A program made the translations under genes and the position numbers. This document shows, piece by piece, positions 1 to 8,813 of a stretch of DNA of 37,457 nucleotides. Source of the stretch: a virus; IMG/VR virus record IMGVR_UViG_3300037485_000776, positions 1 through 37,457 of that record; one strand, given 5' to 3'. The notes below the pieces were generated by a model, which did not search any database, was not told the origin of the DNA, and saw only the letters and a program-made list of their open reading frames with translations. Each line of letters starts with the position of its first letter. The stretch's first letter is position 1.

Positions 1-127
1 TTTGATTCCTTGCGGCTTTATAAGCAGCAGCAACAGTTTCAAACTCAGGCGTACCTTGTTTGTCCTGATTTTCGACTATCCACTGAGCGTATTTTTCTGC
101 GCTCATTTTTTGCCCCTGTTCAAAATT
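1..127. repeat. Terminal direct repeat copy 1, identical to 37331..37457. Most likely an assembly overlap of a circular or circularly permuted genome.
   Basis: Direct comparison shows bases 1-127 equal 37331-37457. The repeat contains the 5' end (ATG at 106..104) of the 561-aa gene whose full copy starts at 37436. Confidence 0.9.
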
Positions 128-1602
128 TCATCAGCAGCATTAAATAATTCACTTGGTGGTGTAGCTTGATCGGGTCGTGAATTTTCCCCGCCTTGCAATG
201 CCGGGGGTTGATTTAGTTGCGGCATTCTATCTTTCGGCGGTTTTGCAAGTCCAAGACCAAATAACCTGTCCAAGTTTGCTAATGCTGACCTGTTAGCTTC
301 AATGCTTAATGTCGGGTCAGTCGCGGCCTGTAAGTAAAGCATCATTTCAGCATTACTGTTCATTTGCTGTGCGCTCATGCCTGTTGCTTCTTTTATCAGG
401 TTCATGAGTAAAGGTCTAGTTTGCGCTATTTCTTGCCGTTGTCTTTGGTTTTCTGTTCCAACAGCGCCACCAACAGCCTGCCCGACACCGCTAGAGCTTA
501 GTCTTGCCGCAATGTTTGATAAAGCGCCCTGCTGCGTGCTTGTTATGCCGCCGCCTTTTTCCAAAGCGTCATAACTGTTACTTAGTTGGTTGATAACTGT
601 GGATAATTGCTCTTTTGCTTGCGTTTTTGTTCTTTCTTTTTGCAAACTTGCCGCAGATTGCGGGTTGTATAAAGGCATTCCTTGCGCTTGAGATTGAGGC
701 AAAGTTATTGCTTCACCGTTTGGGCCAAGAACAGTGACATTCTTTTCTGGCTTATTTTCTGCTTGAATCTGCGACAATCTTACATTAGCCCAACCTCGTG
801 CGCTTGCGTCACGTTCTGACGGCGACATGCCAACAGCGAACCGCTGCCCTGCTTTAGGTGCCACCAGTTCAATAGCGCCACCAGTGTTAATTTTCATTGG
901 CGAGGTGTAGGCAGGCATAGGTGCGCCTACTGGCTGGCCAGCTTTATCTAGTTGCTGTATTAGCTTTTCACCGTTTGCGCCCGTTATTTCTACCGTTCGC
1001 GCTACCTCTGCCCGTCCAATGTTCGGGGCTTCATAGTAGCTTTTTACTAAATCAACAGGAACACCAGCGGCTATAGCTTTTTGCGGGTCTTTTGTGCTTT
1101 CCAAAATACTCAAATATCGCTGTCTGTCTTGTTCGGCTTGACGCTTTTCTGCGGCTTTTTGTGCAAATTGCATCGCACCCTGTTGGGCAAACTGACGCAT
1201 TGCAGCATCAGGCGAAGTGCTTAGTGCGCGAAACGCTGCGGGTATGTTTTGCGGTTGGGCGGGTTTAATCGCTTGCGGCATTGGGTTGCCTTCGTCGTCC
1301 ACTTGCGTTAGGTTTGGTATAACCTGCTCCGGTGTCCCTTGCATGTTTTCATTAAACCCACGCAAAGCATCGGCTACAGCTTGCTGTCGTGTAGTTTGTA
1401 GCTGTTTTAGCTCATCTTCTGCCATTTGTTGACCGCGAATACCACCAAAGCCACGCAGTCCAGCAGCTAAATACTCAAGCGCATGGGGCGCAACAAATCT
1501 ACCCCCCACCATTCTGCCTTGCGGGGCTTGCGCTTGGGCTTGTTCGCCGTAGCGTCTGCGTCGTGCGTCTATTAGCTGTTGTTCTAGGTCAAAGTCTCTC
1601 AT
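103..1602 (-). CDS. Putative internal virion / ejection protein (499 aa)
   Basis: Track ORF. Its TGA overlaps the ATG (ATGA at 103-106) of the 561-aa gene across the circular junction. Q/A/G-rich with no catalytic motif seen. It is one of three consecutive large genes between the tail-tube-like gene and the tail fibre, the usual slot for podovirus ejection proteins. Confidence 0.55.
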   Translation of the reverse strand: MRDFDLEQQLIDARRRRYGEQAQAQAPQGRMVGGRFVAPHALEYLAAGLRGFGGIRGQQMAEDELKQLQTTRQQAVADALRGFNENMQGTPEQVIPNLTQVDDEGNPMPQAIKPAQPQNIPAAFRALSTSPDAAMRQFAQQGAMQFAQKAAEKRQAEQDRQRYLSILESTKDPQKAIAAGVPVDLVKSYYEAPNIGRAEVARTVEITGANGEKLIQQLDKAGQPVGAPMPAYTSPMKINTGGAIELVAPKAGQRFAVGMSPSERDASARGWANVRLSQIQAENKPEKNVTVLGPNGEAITLPQSQAQGMPLYNPQSAASLQKERTKTQAKEQLSTVINQLSNSYDALEKGGGITSTQQGALSNIAARLSSSGVGQAVGGAVGTENQRQRQEIAQTRPLLMNLIKEATGMSAQQMNSNAEMMLYLQAATDPTLSIEANRSALANLDRLFGLGLAKPPKDRMPQLNQPPALQGGENSRPDQATPPSELFNAADEILNRGKK

Positions 1603-2657
1603 GAGAATAATCCCTTAAAGCCCTTAAACATTGAACCACCAGCACCAGGCAGTCCAGCAAGCCCCATCCCAATATTAAACAAACCACCAAACATCCCACT
1701 GCCTGCGGCTTGGTCAGCGTTGTATGCGTCCATTTGTGCTTTGTAGCCCATCTGTGCAGCGCCTAGCATATCAGGCCCTTGTGTGGTTGCCTGTTGTGCA
1801 TATGGCTGGAATTGCGGGGCTTGTACTTGGTTGCCAGCTCTTAAGGCGTTAATCAGGTTAAGCGGTCGGTCTTGTAAATAAGCCTGTTCTTGTAAGGCAG
1901 CAGCGCGGTTAGCCTGGTCAAGGTTTATGCCTTGTAATGCAGCCTGTAACCTCAAGTCGTTAGCTTGCTGGCCTTGTATTGCCATTTCACGCGAGAAAGC
2001 ATCTGAGCCTAGTCCAATGCCAGTGTTTGCCAGTCGTTGCCGCGCGGCCTCTTCTTGTGACTGTAGCTGTGGGTTAAGCCTGGCTAATAACGCTTCTTGC
2101 GCGGTCTGGCCTACGTCAATCGCTCGTTTTGGCAAAGCGCCAACGTCAAGCTCCGGGTTTTCAAATATCGAGCGTACACGGTCAAAGCCAAGGTTTGCCA
2201 CCTCACCATACTTACGGTTCAGGGCAAGTTGTTGGTCTAACGCGGCCTGTGCTTCGGGGGTAAGTTCGGTTGTCTGTTCCCATCCTGAATCTGGGTCGTA
2301 TTCCATGAAGTCTTGCAGCCTCGGCGCAATTCCTTGAAACTGTCCTTGTTGGCTTGCCGCACCTAATGAGCCTCCCTTTCTAAGCCTAACCCTTTCCTCT
2401 GTGCTTAAATTTTGCCAATCATTTTCAGTTTGCGAAGGAAAACGACTTTGATTATACGATTGCAATGCTTTGTTGTAAGCGTCGTAATTTATTTTGCCGC
2501 CAGTCTGGTTTTGCCGCCAAGTTAATCTTCCCCACGGCGTTATCTGGTTAGCGCGGTTTGCTCGAACTGCTGCGCGGGTAGCTTCTAAGTTACCTCGTGC
2601 GGTTTCTTTAGCGGCTGATTCGTAATCGGGTGCGGGGGGTGGGCTAGAGCTGCACAT
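1599..2657 (-). CDS. Putative internal virion / ejection protein (352 aa)
   Basis: Track ORF with a 4-nt overlap with the downstream gene. N/Q/A-rich with a Gly-rich hydrophobic C-terminus (GMFGGLFNIGMGLAGLPGAGG). The functional call is based on position. Confidence 0.5.
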   Translation of the reverse strand: MCSSSPPPAPDYESAAKETARGNLEATRAAVRANRANQITPWGRLTWRQNQTGGKINYDAYNKALQSYNQSRFPSQTENDWQNLSTEERVRLRKGGSLGAASQQGQFQGIAPRLQDFMEYDPDSGWEQTTELTPEAQAALDQQLALNRKYGEVANLGFDRVRSIFENPELDVGALPKRAIDVGQTAQEALLARLNPQLQSQEEAARQRLANTGIGLGSDAFSREMAIQGQQANDLRLQAALQGINLDQANRAAALQEQAYLQDRPLNLINALRAGNQVQAPQFQPYAQQATTQGPDMLGAAQMGYKAQMDAYNADQAAGSGMFGGLFNIGMGLAGLPGAGGSMFKGFKGLFS

Positions 2658-2659
2658 AT

Positions 2660-3121
2660 TTACCTCAATTCATAAACCATTTCGGTTGCCATATTCTTAA
2701 ACCCCATTCTTTGCCATAACTTGCTAACTCTTAAGTCAGTCACGGCTGTACAATAGGCTTTTTGAACGTCAAGTTTTTTTAGTTCAGCCAATACATGCTG
2801 CACTAATTTCTTTCCTATGCCATTCCGATGGTTTCGGGTAACGAATAACGCATCTTCTTTGGCTATTTTATCACCGTTATGCATATCATTGGTAATATAA
2901 ATCAAACAATATCCAACACATTCAGCGTCGTGTTTTACAATAAAAAACTTTAACCAGCCATCATTATTAAATTTGATGTACCTGTCTAGTTGCGGATTAA
3001 ATGGCGAAATTTTTATGCCATCTTTTTCTAATCGTTCTTTCATTTCTTGGTAATGCTCACTCGTCAATCGGCAAAAATCAGGCAAATTGTTTGCTATTTT
3101 TGCTTCATGAAAAGTGTACAT
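2660..3121 (-). CDS. GNAT-family N-acetyltransferase (153 aa)
   Basis: Acetyl-CoA loop-like motif RNHRNGIGKKLVQHV (R-x-x-G-x-G/A) in the expected place for a roughly 150-aa GNAT. Hand-counted G+C is 30-32% on lines 2881 and 2941 versus 55-57% on flanking lines 2581 and 3241. Confidence 0.7.
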   Translation of the reverse strand: MYTFHEAKIANNLPDFCRLTSEHYQEMKERLEKDGIKISPFNPQLDRYIKFNNDGWLKFFIVKHDAECVGYCLIYITNDMHNGDKIAKEDALFVTRNHRNGIGKKLVQHVLAELKKLDVQKAYCTAVTDLRVSKLWQRMGFKNMATEMVYELR

Positions 3122-3130
3122 AGTTAGCCT

Positions 3131-4654
3131 TTATAAAACAGAGTTGGACGACTGGAAGAGATAATCGACATTATTGAACCTAACTTCAGAGCCGTTATTC
3201 TGTACTTTCAACCTTAACGATGCACTATTTGCCACCGCGCCTACTGTATTCCATCCCGTAATCGGTCTTAACCCGCCGCCCCAAACCATCGACCCCCATA
3301 CCATCGAACTCCACACCATACCCGTAGGCGGCGTGTAATTCAGTGTACCTTGAGCGTCTTGGGCTAGGTAATCAGTGCTCAGTCCGTAAAGCACCGAAGG
3401 GCTGCCAGTCGTCAAAATGTACGGCCTGACCATCGTGAAATACTTATTGAAAGCTTTGTTGCCGAAGTAATTAAAGGCAGGTAAGCAGTCAGCTTGTATA
3501 GGTGTCGTGTTGTCTAAGTCGCCGACCCATGCCTTATAAACCCGTGTATTGTCTGCGTAGTACAGTCCAGTCGAGGCGTGTAGTAGTACGTTAGCGTTCC
3601 AGCCAACAAACTTTGTCCATGCGCCCGTGATCGTGTTTTGTGCGTACTGATAATTCCCGCCAGGGTTCGGTACGTTCAATAGCATCATGTTTGCGTCAGG
3701 GTATAAAGTCAGTTGCCAGCCAAACGACGAGCCATACGAGTTCGCTGCAATAGATACGCTATTCTGTATCTTGTCAGTCAGGGCTACTGTCCTATCGACA
3801 CTTGCCGACAAAAGACCGCGCCCCAACGGGAAAACACCTTCTGTGGTGTTGACTGCCAAGTCACCGCCGTACTTTTCAGCACATCGACGGCCTAAAGGCT
3901 TACCTAACTGAAACACGCCCACTATCGAAAAATCACCACCCGCTCCGGGATTGCTGCCTCTGTAAATCGCCACCTCACCCATCGTTGAAATAACGACGAA
4001 ATGGTCATCAGCACCCGCGCCAGCATCCACCGTCCATGTATAGCAGGCCATAATCGACCCGCCATCGCGGAAAATGGCGCTCATATCAAGCGTACCCACT
4101 GCCCCACCTACTTGGCCAACGGGCAGGAATACTACCTGCATGCTGTTTTTAACCACAAAATACAGGCGTGACTTAAACACGCACACATGCACCAGGTTAG
4201 TTGTCGTCACTCCGGTTATCGAGGGTGTTGACACTCCATCTATTGCCGTCCATGTCGTGCCGTTGTATAACTGGGGTCTGTCTTGTCCGTTCACTAGGTA
4301 CAGAAAAGACCCACCCGCAGTAGTCACGTTAGCGTGCTGCCATTGTGCTGAAGTCTGCCCGGTCACGACTGCCGCGCCAACCGCTCCGGCTGTAGTTACG
4401 TCGAAAATATCCGTACCCGCTGCGGCAAAAAGTTTTGCCCCGCCACTTGTCGGCAAATACTCTACTAACGTCTGCACCGGGTTAACAAAACCTGTCACAT
4501 GGTTAGTGCTGCCTTTTCTTACCCCCAAATAGGAAGGATACGGCCACCAGTTATCAAGTATGAGCGCATATTGCGGTTTCATATCAGCAATGCTGTCTCG
4601 GTCATTTAGACCGCCAACCGGGGCAGGTATTGAGGTGGCGCGTGCTGTTGCCAT
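3131..4654 (-). CDS. Putative tail tubular / nozzle-like structural protein (507 aa)
   Basis: The N-terminus IPAPVGGLNDRDSIADMKPQYALILDNW resembles, from memory, tail-tube proteins of epsilon15/BPP-1-like podoviruses. TAATG overlap with the upstream gene. Contains a MVWxS x3 pentapeptide repeat near the C-terminus. Confidence 0.45.
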   Translation of the reverse strand: MATARATSIPAPVGGLNDRDSIADMKPQYALILDNWWPYPSYLGVRKGSTNHVTGFVNPVQTLVEYLPTSGGAKLFAAAGTDIFDVTTAGAVGAAVVTGQTSAQWQHANVTTAGGSFLYLVNGQDRPQLYNGTTWTAIDGVSTPSITGVTTTNLVHVCVFKSRLYFVVKNSMQVVFLPVGQVGGAVGTLDMSAIFRDGGSIMACYTWTVDAGAGADDHFVVISTMGEVAIYRGSNPGAGGDFSIVGVFQLGKPLGRRCAEKYGGDLAVNTTEGVFPLGRGLLSASVDRTVALTDKIQNSVSIAANSYGSSFGWQLTLYPDANMMLLNVPNPGGNYQYAQNTITGAWTKFVGWNANVLLHASTGLYYADNTRVYKAWVGDLDNTTPIQADCLPAFNYFGNKAFNKYFTMVRPYILTTGSPSVLYGLSTDYLAQDAQGTLNYTPPTGMVWSSMVWGSMVWGGGLRPITGWNTVGAVANSASLRLKVQNNGSEVRFNNVDYLFQSSNSVL

Positions 4655-5799
4655 TATTTGACACCCATCAAGCCCATAGGCTGATTATTGCGCTCTAGTA
4701 TTCTAAGCAGTCTTTCTTCACCGGGGAATACGACAAAGTTTGATGTACCACCAGTAGCGCGTGAGCCTGCGTCTAAGTAGCGAATGCCAGGTATGCCTTG
4801 TGCGCGCAAATAAGCAGCTGCCGCCTCTGGCGTCATTCCTTTTCCTACTTCATCTCCAAAGCCGCTTTGCATGTATTGATGCAAACTTTGACCTGTTTTT
4901 TGTTTTGGGTCGTCATACCATTGTTTCGTTTCTTTATATCTAGCCAATGCATCTTTGTAAAATTGTGATTTTTTGATGGCTTTTTGTACGTCCGGCGCTT
5001 GTTGGCTTAACGGTTTATCCCAATCCAGCATACGGGCTATGGTTTCATCGGGTAGGTCTACTTTGTAGAGGTTGTCGCCTGTCATTGGCTCAAACGATAC
5101 CGCCTTTTTGTTTGCATCATAGAATTTAGCAAACTGGTCAATACTTTCTTTCGGCGTACCTGCGCTTTCAAAACGACGCAATGCCTCTTTTTTACTAACC
5201 TTATAAGGGCCAACCAAAGACCGTAGGGCAACCGCCTCAAAGTTTGGCAATGAATCAGGGTCAATATAATTCCCGCCAATCTTATACACATTTGTTTTAT
5301 CGCCCACAGCGCCTGCATATTGCTTGGCAACATCCGCGCTTTCTGCAAAATACATCCCATGCCCGTAAGCCTGAGCGCCTTCACCCGTTCCTATCTTGGA
5401 AGCATCAAACGCATCAAATTTATTCGGGCTACCGTGCCAGACTATCGCACCCCTCTGTCCACCATACCCCGGCGTGTTCAGGGTTCTAGGCATGGCTAGG
5501 TTTTCCAGTCCTTTGTTTGCTGCCGACGCTATCTGTGGGGCTTTTGCTGCCGCTATTATAGGCACTGTCATGCCCAAAAAATCACCCGCCATTTTCGGTA
5601 TTCCATCCTCAACAGGCACAGTCAAACCCATATTTTCCATCCATTGAGACCCACCTACAGGCGCTTGGGGAATGGGCATACCTACTTTGCGAAGTCCAGC
5701 GGCTATTAAGTCCACCGGGGCAGACACACCACTAGCCACGCTGTTTGATGCGCTTTGTACGGTATCGCGTAGGGCTTTAATAAGGGCTTTTTTGTCCAT
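4654..5799 (-). CDS. Virion-module protein with ADP-ribosyltransferase-like (ART-PolyVal-like) domain
   Basis: The track start (GTG 5835) overlaps the upstream gene by 34 nt; ATG 5799 avoids this. The blocks WHGSPNKFDAFDASKIGTGEGAQAYGHGMYFAE ... GIPGIRYLD ... NFVVFPGEE resemble the H-Y-E type ART domain of phage/ICE polyvalent proteins. This is from memory and was not searched. Confidence 0.45.
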   Translation of the reverse strand: MDKKALIKALRDTVQSASNSVASGVSAPVDLIAAGLRKVGMPIPQAPVGGSQWMENMGLTVPVEDGIPKMAGDFLGMTVPIIAAAKAPQIASAANKGLENLAMPRTLNTPGYGGQRGAIVWHGSPNKFDAFDASKIGTGEGAQAYGHGMYFAESADVAKQYAGAVGDKTNVYKIGGNYIDPDSLPNFEAVALRSLVGPYKVSKKEALRRFESAGTPKESIDQFAKFYDANKKAVSFEPMTGDNLYKVDLPDETIARMLDWDKPLSQQAPDVQKAIKKSQFYKDALARYKETKQWYDDPKQKTGQSLHQYMQSGFGDEVGKGMTPEAAAAYLRAQGIPGIRYLDAGSRATGGTSNFVVFPGEERLLRILERNNQPMGLMGVK

Positions 5800-5801
5800 G
5801 A

Positions 5802-6506
5802 CTAGCTCGGAAAGTTGCCGTCTTGTATGTTCCACTCAGTCAGCAATATATTGCGCGGCAGACCGCCGAGTGTAAGTTTTTGCGCTGATTTATCTTGAGC
5901 CTTAATCGTGTCAAGCATGGTTCTAAACTCTGCCAAGTCAAAGCTCGCATCCAGTCCTTTAGAGGCTTTCCACTGTACTTTTAGACCTAAAACCATCAGC
6001 GAATCGTCAAATATCGCTCGGTCGCTGTCGGCTGCGTAGGTTTTGCGAGTAACCCCGCCACCTGCATCAATCCAGTTTTTTGAAATGTAGTAAAAAGACA
6101 GGTTCAAATCACCCGTGGGCGGGTCAACCTCCAGGAAGTTGTTAGCAATTCTGAAGCGAAGGTTTGGACCATCGCTGATAATCGCTGATTTATAAATCTG
6201 CCATTCTTGAGTGGTCGCAGGACCAATCAGCGGCCATTGTGACGTTCTATCCCACTCTGTCTGGGGTATTTGTCTGCCCCAGTCACTCGGTAGGGCGTAT
6301 TGTGTTTGCCCCTGAACCGTAGTAAAGCTGTGTTCAGTATTCAACCTTTGCCACTCGTACTGACGGGAAAGGTCTCGCCCTAGCCGGTTGACCAAGGCAA
6401 GTAGTTGTATGATCTGCGGGTCATTGTTCCCGATAACCAATGTCGGGCGGCTTACACCCAGTTCACCAGTAACCTGCTGCACCAGCTCTAGCAGGGTGTA
6501 ATTCAT
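5802..6506 (-). CDS. Putative head-tail adaptor / tail-proximal structural protein (234 aa)
   Basis: Track ORF located between the capsid-accessory genes and tail genes. No motif recognised; the call is based on position. Confidence 0.4.
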   Translation of the reverse strand: MNYTLLELVQQVTGELGVSRPTLVIGNNDPQIIQLLALVNRLGRDLSRQYEWQRLNTEHSFTTVQGQTQYALPSDWGRQIPQTEWDRTSQWPLIGPATTQEWQIYKSAIISDGPNLRFRIANNFLEVDPPTGDLNLSFYYISKNWIDAGGGVTRKTYAADSDRAIFDDSLMVLGLKVQWKASKGLDASFDLAEFRTMLDTIKAQDKSAQKLTLGGLPRNILLTEWNIQDGNFPS

Positions 6507-6508
6507 AG

Positions 6509-7051
6509 TTAGCCCTCGACGGTTTCAGGTTCTTTGCGTGGTCTTCCGCGTTTCACTTCCGGGTTTTCTAACGAGGCTTTGAGCGCTTCAAATTCATTAC
6601 GTAATCGCTCGTTTTCAGCTTGTAGTGCGTTAATAGGCGCATTTCCTGCCGCTGCCGCTAGATAATCCCGCGCTTTCTTTCTCAATTCCACCCAGCCCAT
6701 GCCCATGCGCTGTAATGCGCCATCGTTCACTTCAGCCAGATTTTCTACTGTTCTAATACCAAAATACTCGGCTTCTTTGCATTGCGACTTTGTGATCTGC
6801 GGCCATTGACTTAAAACAGTGCCAATCACTTCCCCCGCCATGCCTGCCTCAAACTCGCGCCACTGTCGAGCATACCTCTGCTTGTAGTGTGCGTCTGCTT
6901 TAACTTCTAAAACATTCAAACGATCTCCGGGGTGTTGAATCCGAATAAATGGAATTTCTTTGTAAATCGGTCGGCCAGCTTTTTCACTTTCCGACTTCAA
7001 TTCAACAGATTCCATGAAAAACTCGACAAAACTAGATTGAGGATTGCTCAT
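6509..7051 (-). CDS. Hypothetical structural-module protein (180 aa)
   Basis: The track start at 7096 would read through a terminator hairpin. ATG 7051 has the SD GGAGAAG just upstream. C-terminal coiled coil (NALQAENERLRNEFEALKASL) and a basic KRGRPRK tail. Confidence 0.55.
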   Translation of the reverse strand: MSNPQSSFVEFFMESVELKSESEKAGRPIYKEIPFIRIQHPGDRLNVLEVKADAHYKQRYARQWREFEAGMAGEVIGTVLSQWPQITKSQCKEAEYFGIRTVENLAEVNDGALQRMGMGWVELRKKARDYLAAAAGNAPINALQAENERLRNEFEALKASLENPEVKRGRPRKEPETVEG

Positions 7052-7064
7052 ATCTTCTCCGCTC

Positions 7065-7091
7065 AAAATTAAACAGGGGCAAATGCCCCTG
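7065..7091 (-). terminator. Intrinsic terminator after the 118-aa gene
   Basis: Minus-sense CAGGGGC-ATTT-GCCCCTG (7074-7091) followed by TTTAATTTTG. Confidence 0.6.
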
Positions 7092-7096
7092 CCCAC

Positions 7097-7453
7097 TCAG
7101 TAAGTGACCCAGTTGGTACTATTACGCCCCAACAATCTCGCCTGACCACCAGCCGCAACAGAAAACGCGGCGTTAGCAGACAGTGCGTTAATAGCACCGC
7201 CAGTTGCCGGGTAAATGTTGACGGCGTTAGCGCCGAGGTTTTTAACAGTGACTTCTGCACCAGGTTCAGCCGGGGGCAAAATAACTCCGGTACTGGCTGC
7301 CGCTGTCGTTACTATGACATGAGCGCCAGTTACCAAAGTTGCCGTGCCTTGAGTTGAACCCGCAGCGGTCACGTTGTCCTGAATGTCGCCACACACCTGT
7401 TCGGTAAGTGCAGCAGCCATTCCGACACCCATACACCGTGAAGGGTAGCTCAT
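7097..7453 (-). CDS. Small G/A/T/V-rich protein downstream of the capsid gene (possible decoration or cement protein)
   Basis: 118-aa track ORF with beta-rich composition, followed by a terminator. The functional call is based on position. Confidence 0.4.
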   Translation of the reverse strand: MSYPSRCMGVGMAAALTEQVCGDIQDNVTAAGSTQGTATLVTGAHVIVTTAAASTGVILPPAEPGAEVTVKNLGANAVNIYPATGGAINALSANAAFSVAAGGQARLLGRNSTNWVTY

Positions 7454-7463
7454 ACGTTACTCC

Positions 7464-7766
7464 TTAGACAGACGCAGCAGAGAACCAGCCACGATCACCA
7501 GAAGCCATAGCAACCGCAGGTGAGCGGTAAGCACCGCCAGTTGCAGTCACTAGGAACGTGGTAGCGTTGACGGTACATACTGCTGTCGAAGCGGTAATGA
7601 CGGCGTTAGCTTGGCCATAAACATAGCGACGACCATCAGAGCCAAATACCTGAGTACCCAACTGCGGCGCGTCTTCAGCACCGGAAGCGGGGCCTACATC
7701 AGCGGCCAAGGTAATGGTATTCAAATCACACCCCGTAATCGGGGCTACGGAAAAAGGTGCAGCCAT
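7464..7766 (-). CDS. Small G/A/T/V-rich protein downstream of the capsid gene (possible decoration protein)
   Basis: 100-aa track ORF starting 15 nt after the capsid-gene terminator, with SD AAAGGA. Confidence 0.4.
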   Translation of the reverse strand: MAAPFSVAPITGCDLNTITLAADVGPASGAEDAPQLGTQVFGSDGRRYVYGQANAVITASTAVCTVNATTFLVTATGGAYRSPAVAMASGDRGWFSAASV

Positions 7767-7780
7767 TTTAGTATCCTTTC

Positions 7781-7801
7781 AAAAAAAGGGGCATAAGCCC
7801 C
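7781..7801 (-). terminator. Intrinsic terminator directly after the major capsid gene
   Basis: Minus-sense GGGGC-TTAT-GCCCC followed by T7, between the capsid stop (7807) and the next start (7766). Confidence 0.75.
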
Positions 7802-7806
7802 ATTTA

Positions 7807-8799
7807 TTAGTCAGTCAGAACGCCTTGGAAGCGAGGGCCAGAACTGGTCAAGTTACCTGCCCAACCAATCAGTCGAACCATTGAATCCTGGTTGACCGAC
7901 ATACGATCACCACCAATCGGCACAAAGTTACGGTCACGGTGCGGACGGAAAAACAGGTATTTAGTATTCAGGAAGTACATGCGGTTGGTGTTCAACTGAC
8001 CACCAATACCACCATCCAAGAATACATCGCAGTTAAAGCCAGCACCGAAGTATTTGAGGCTAGTGAAACCAGCACCCGCTGAACTCTCGCTAGAAATACG
8101 CTGAATGGCTTGCAAGCTTTCCAGATAGAAGCGGTAGTAGTTGTTACCTGCCACAATGATATCGGGACGGTCAGAACCACGCACTAACTGAACTGCAACT
8201 CGGTTCATGTACGATTGAATGTTAGCAGCCGAAGCAGCAGCACCGCCATCAGTCGTAGCATCAAACGCAATGTTGCGCCAGAACGAGAAGTTAATACGGT
8301 TGATACCCCCGTAAACGCCAGAACCAGGCGAAGCAGAAACAGCCAGAGCCAGACCAGTGATGTCCTTACCGCCGTTACCCGTACCGTCCGAGTAAATACC
8401 AGCAGAAATGTCGTTGATCAGTTGGGCTTCAGCAACCTGAATGCGGCCTTCTAACAAATCAATGATCTGTTCCTTGCCGCTGTTTTGCAGCATTTCGAGA
8501 CCAGACATAGAGACAGCAGCAGCGTATTGCTTAATGTCAAACTGAGCGGAGCTAATGGGGCTGTTCGGGGTAATGTCGAGCATGTCATACCCAGAATACG
8601 AGCCAGCGTTTTCAGTCGTGGGGTCGTTGTACATTACTTCCTGAAGAATGACGTTACCGCCAGAAAATAATTTCTGATTGCCGCGTTCTTTCAGTTTATA
8701 AAGTAATGGGTTGTTGTTGGTACAGTTATCAGCCAGCGTACCAGAGCGTGACTGAACAGTTGTTGCGACAATGTCGCTTAAATTGGCAAACGTAGCCAT
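7807..8799 (-). CDS. Major capsid protein (330 aa)
   Basis: Sits immediately after the scaffold-like gene, has SD AAAGGA and is followed by a strong terminator. Size and sequence are consistent with HK97-fold / P22-coat-like podovirus capsid proteins as I recall them. Confidence 0.75.
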   Translation of the reverse strand: MATFANLSDIVATTVQSRSGTLADNCTNNNPLLYKLKERGNQKLFSGGNVILQEVMYNDPTTENAGSYSGYDMLDITPNSPISSAQFDIKQYAAAVSMSGLEMLQNSGKEQIIDLLEGRIQVAEAQLINDISAGIYSDGTGNGGKDITGLALAVSASPGSGVYGGINRINFSFWRNIAFDATTDGGAAASAANIQSYMNRVAVQLVRGSDRPDIIVAGNNYYRFYLESLQAIQRISSESSAGAGFTSLKYFGAGFNCDVFLDGGIGGQLNTNRMYFLNTKYLFFRPHRDRNFVPIGGDRMSVNQDSMVRLIGWAGNLTSSGPRFQGVLTD

Positions 8800-8813
8800 G
8801 ACAATCCTTTCTG

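Noticed and set aside
1-127. 127-bp repeat as a biological direct terminal repeat.
   Set aside because: The length equals a common assembler k-mer. A gene pair is translationally coupled across the junction. An assembly overlap of a circular or permuted genome is the simpler reading, but a true DTR cannot be excluded without reads.
5082-5384. Nested minus-strand ORFs inside larger genes: 5082-5384, 7069-7260, 7992-8180, 11586-11840, 15744-15938 and 35245-35427.
   Set aside because: They lie in alternative frames of well-supported longer genes, lack an SD and have odd composition.
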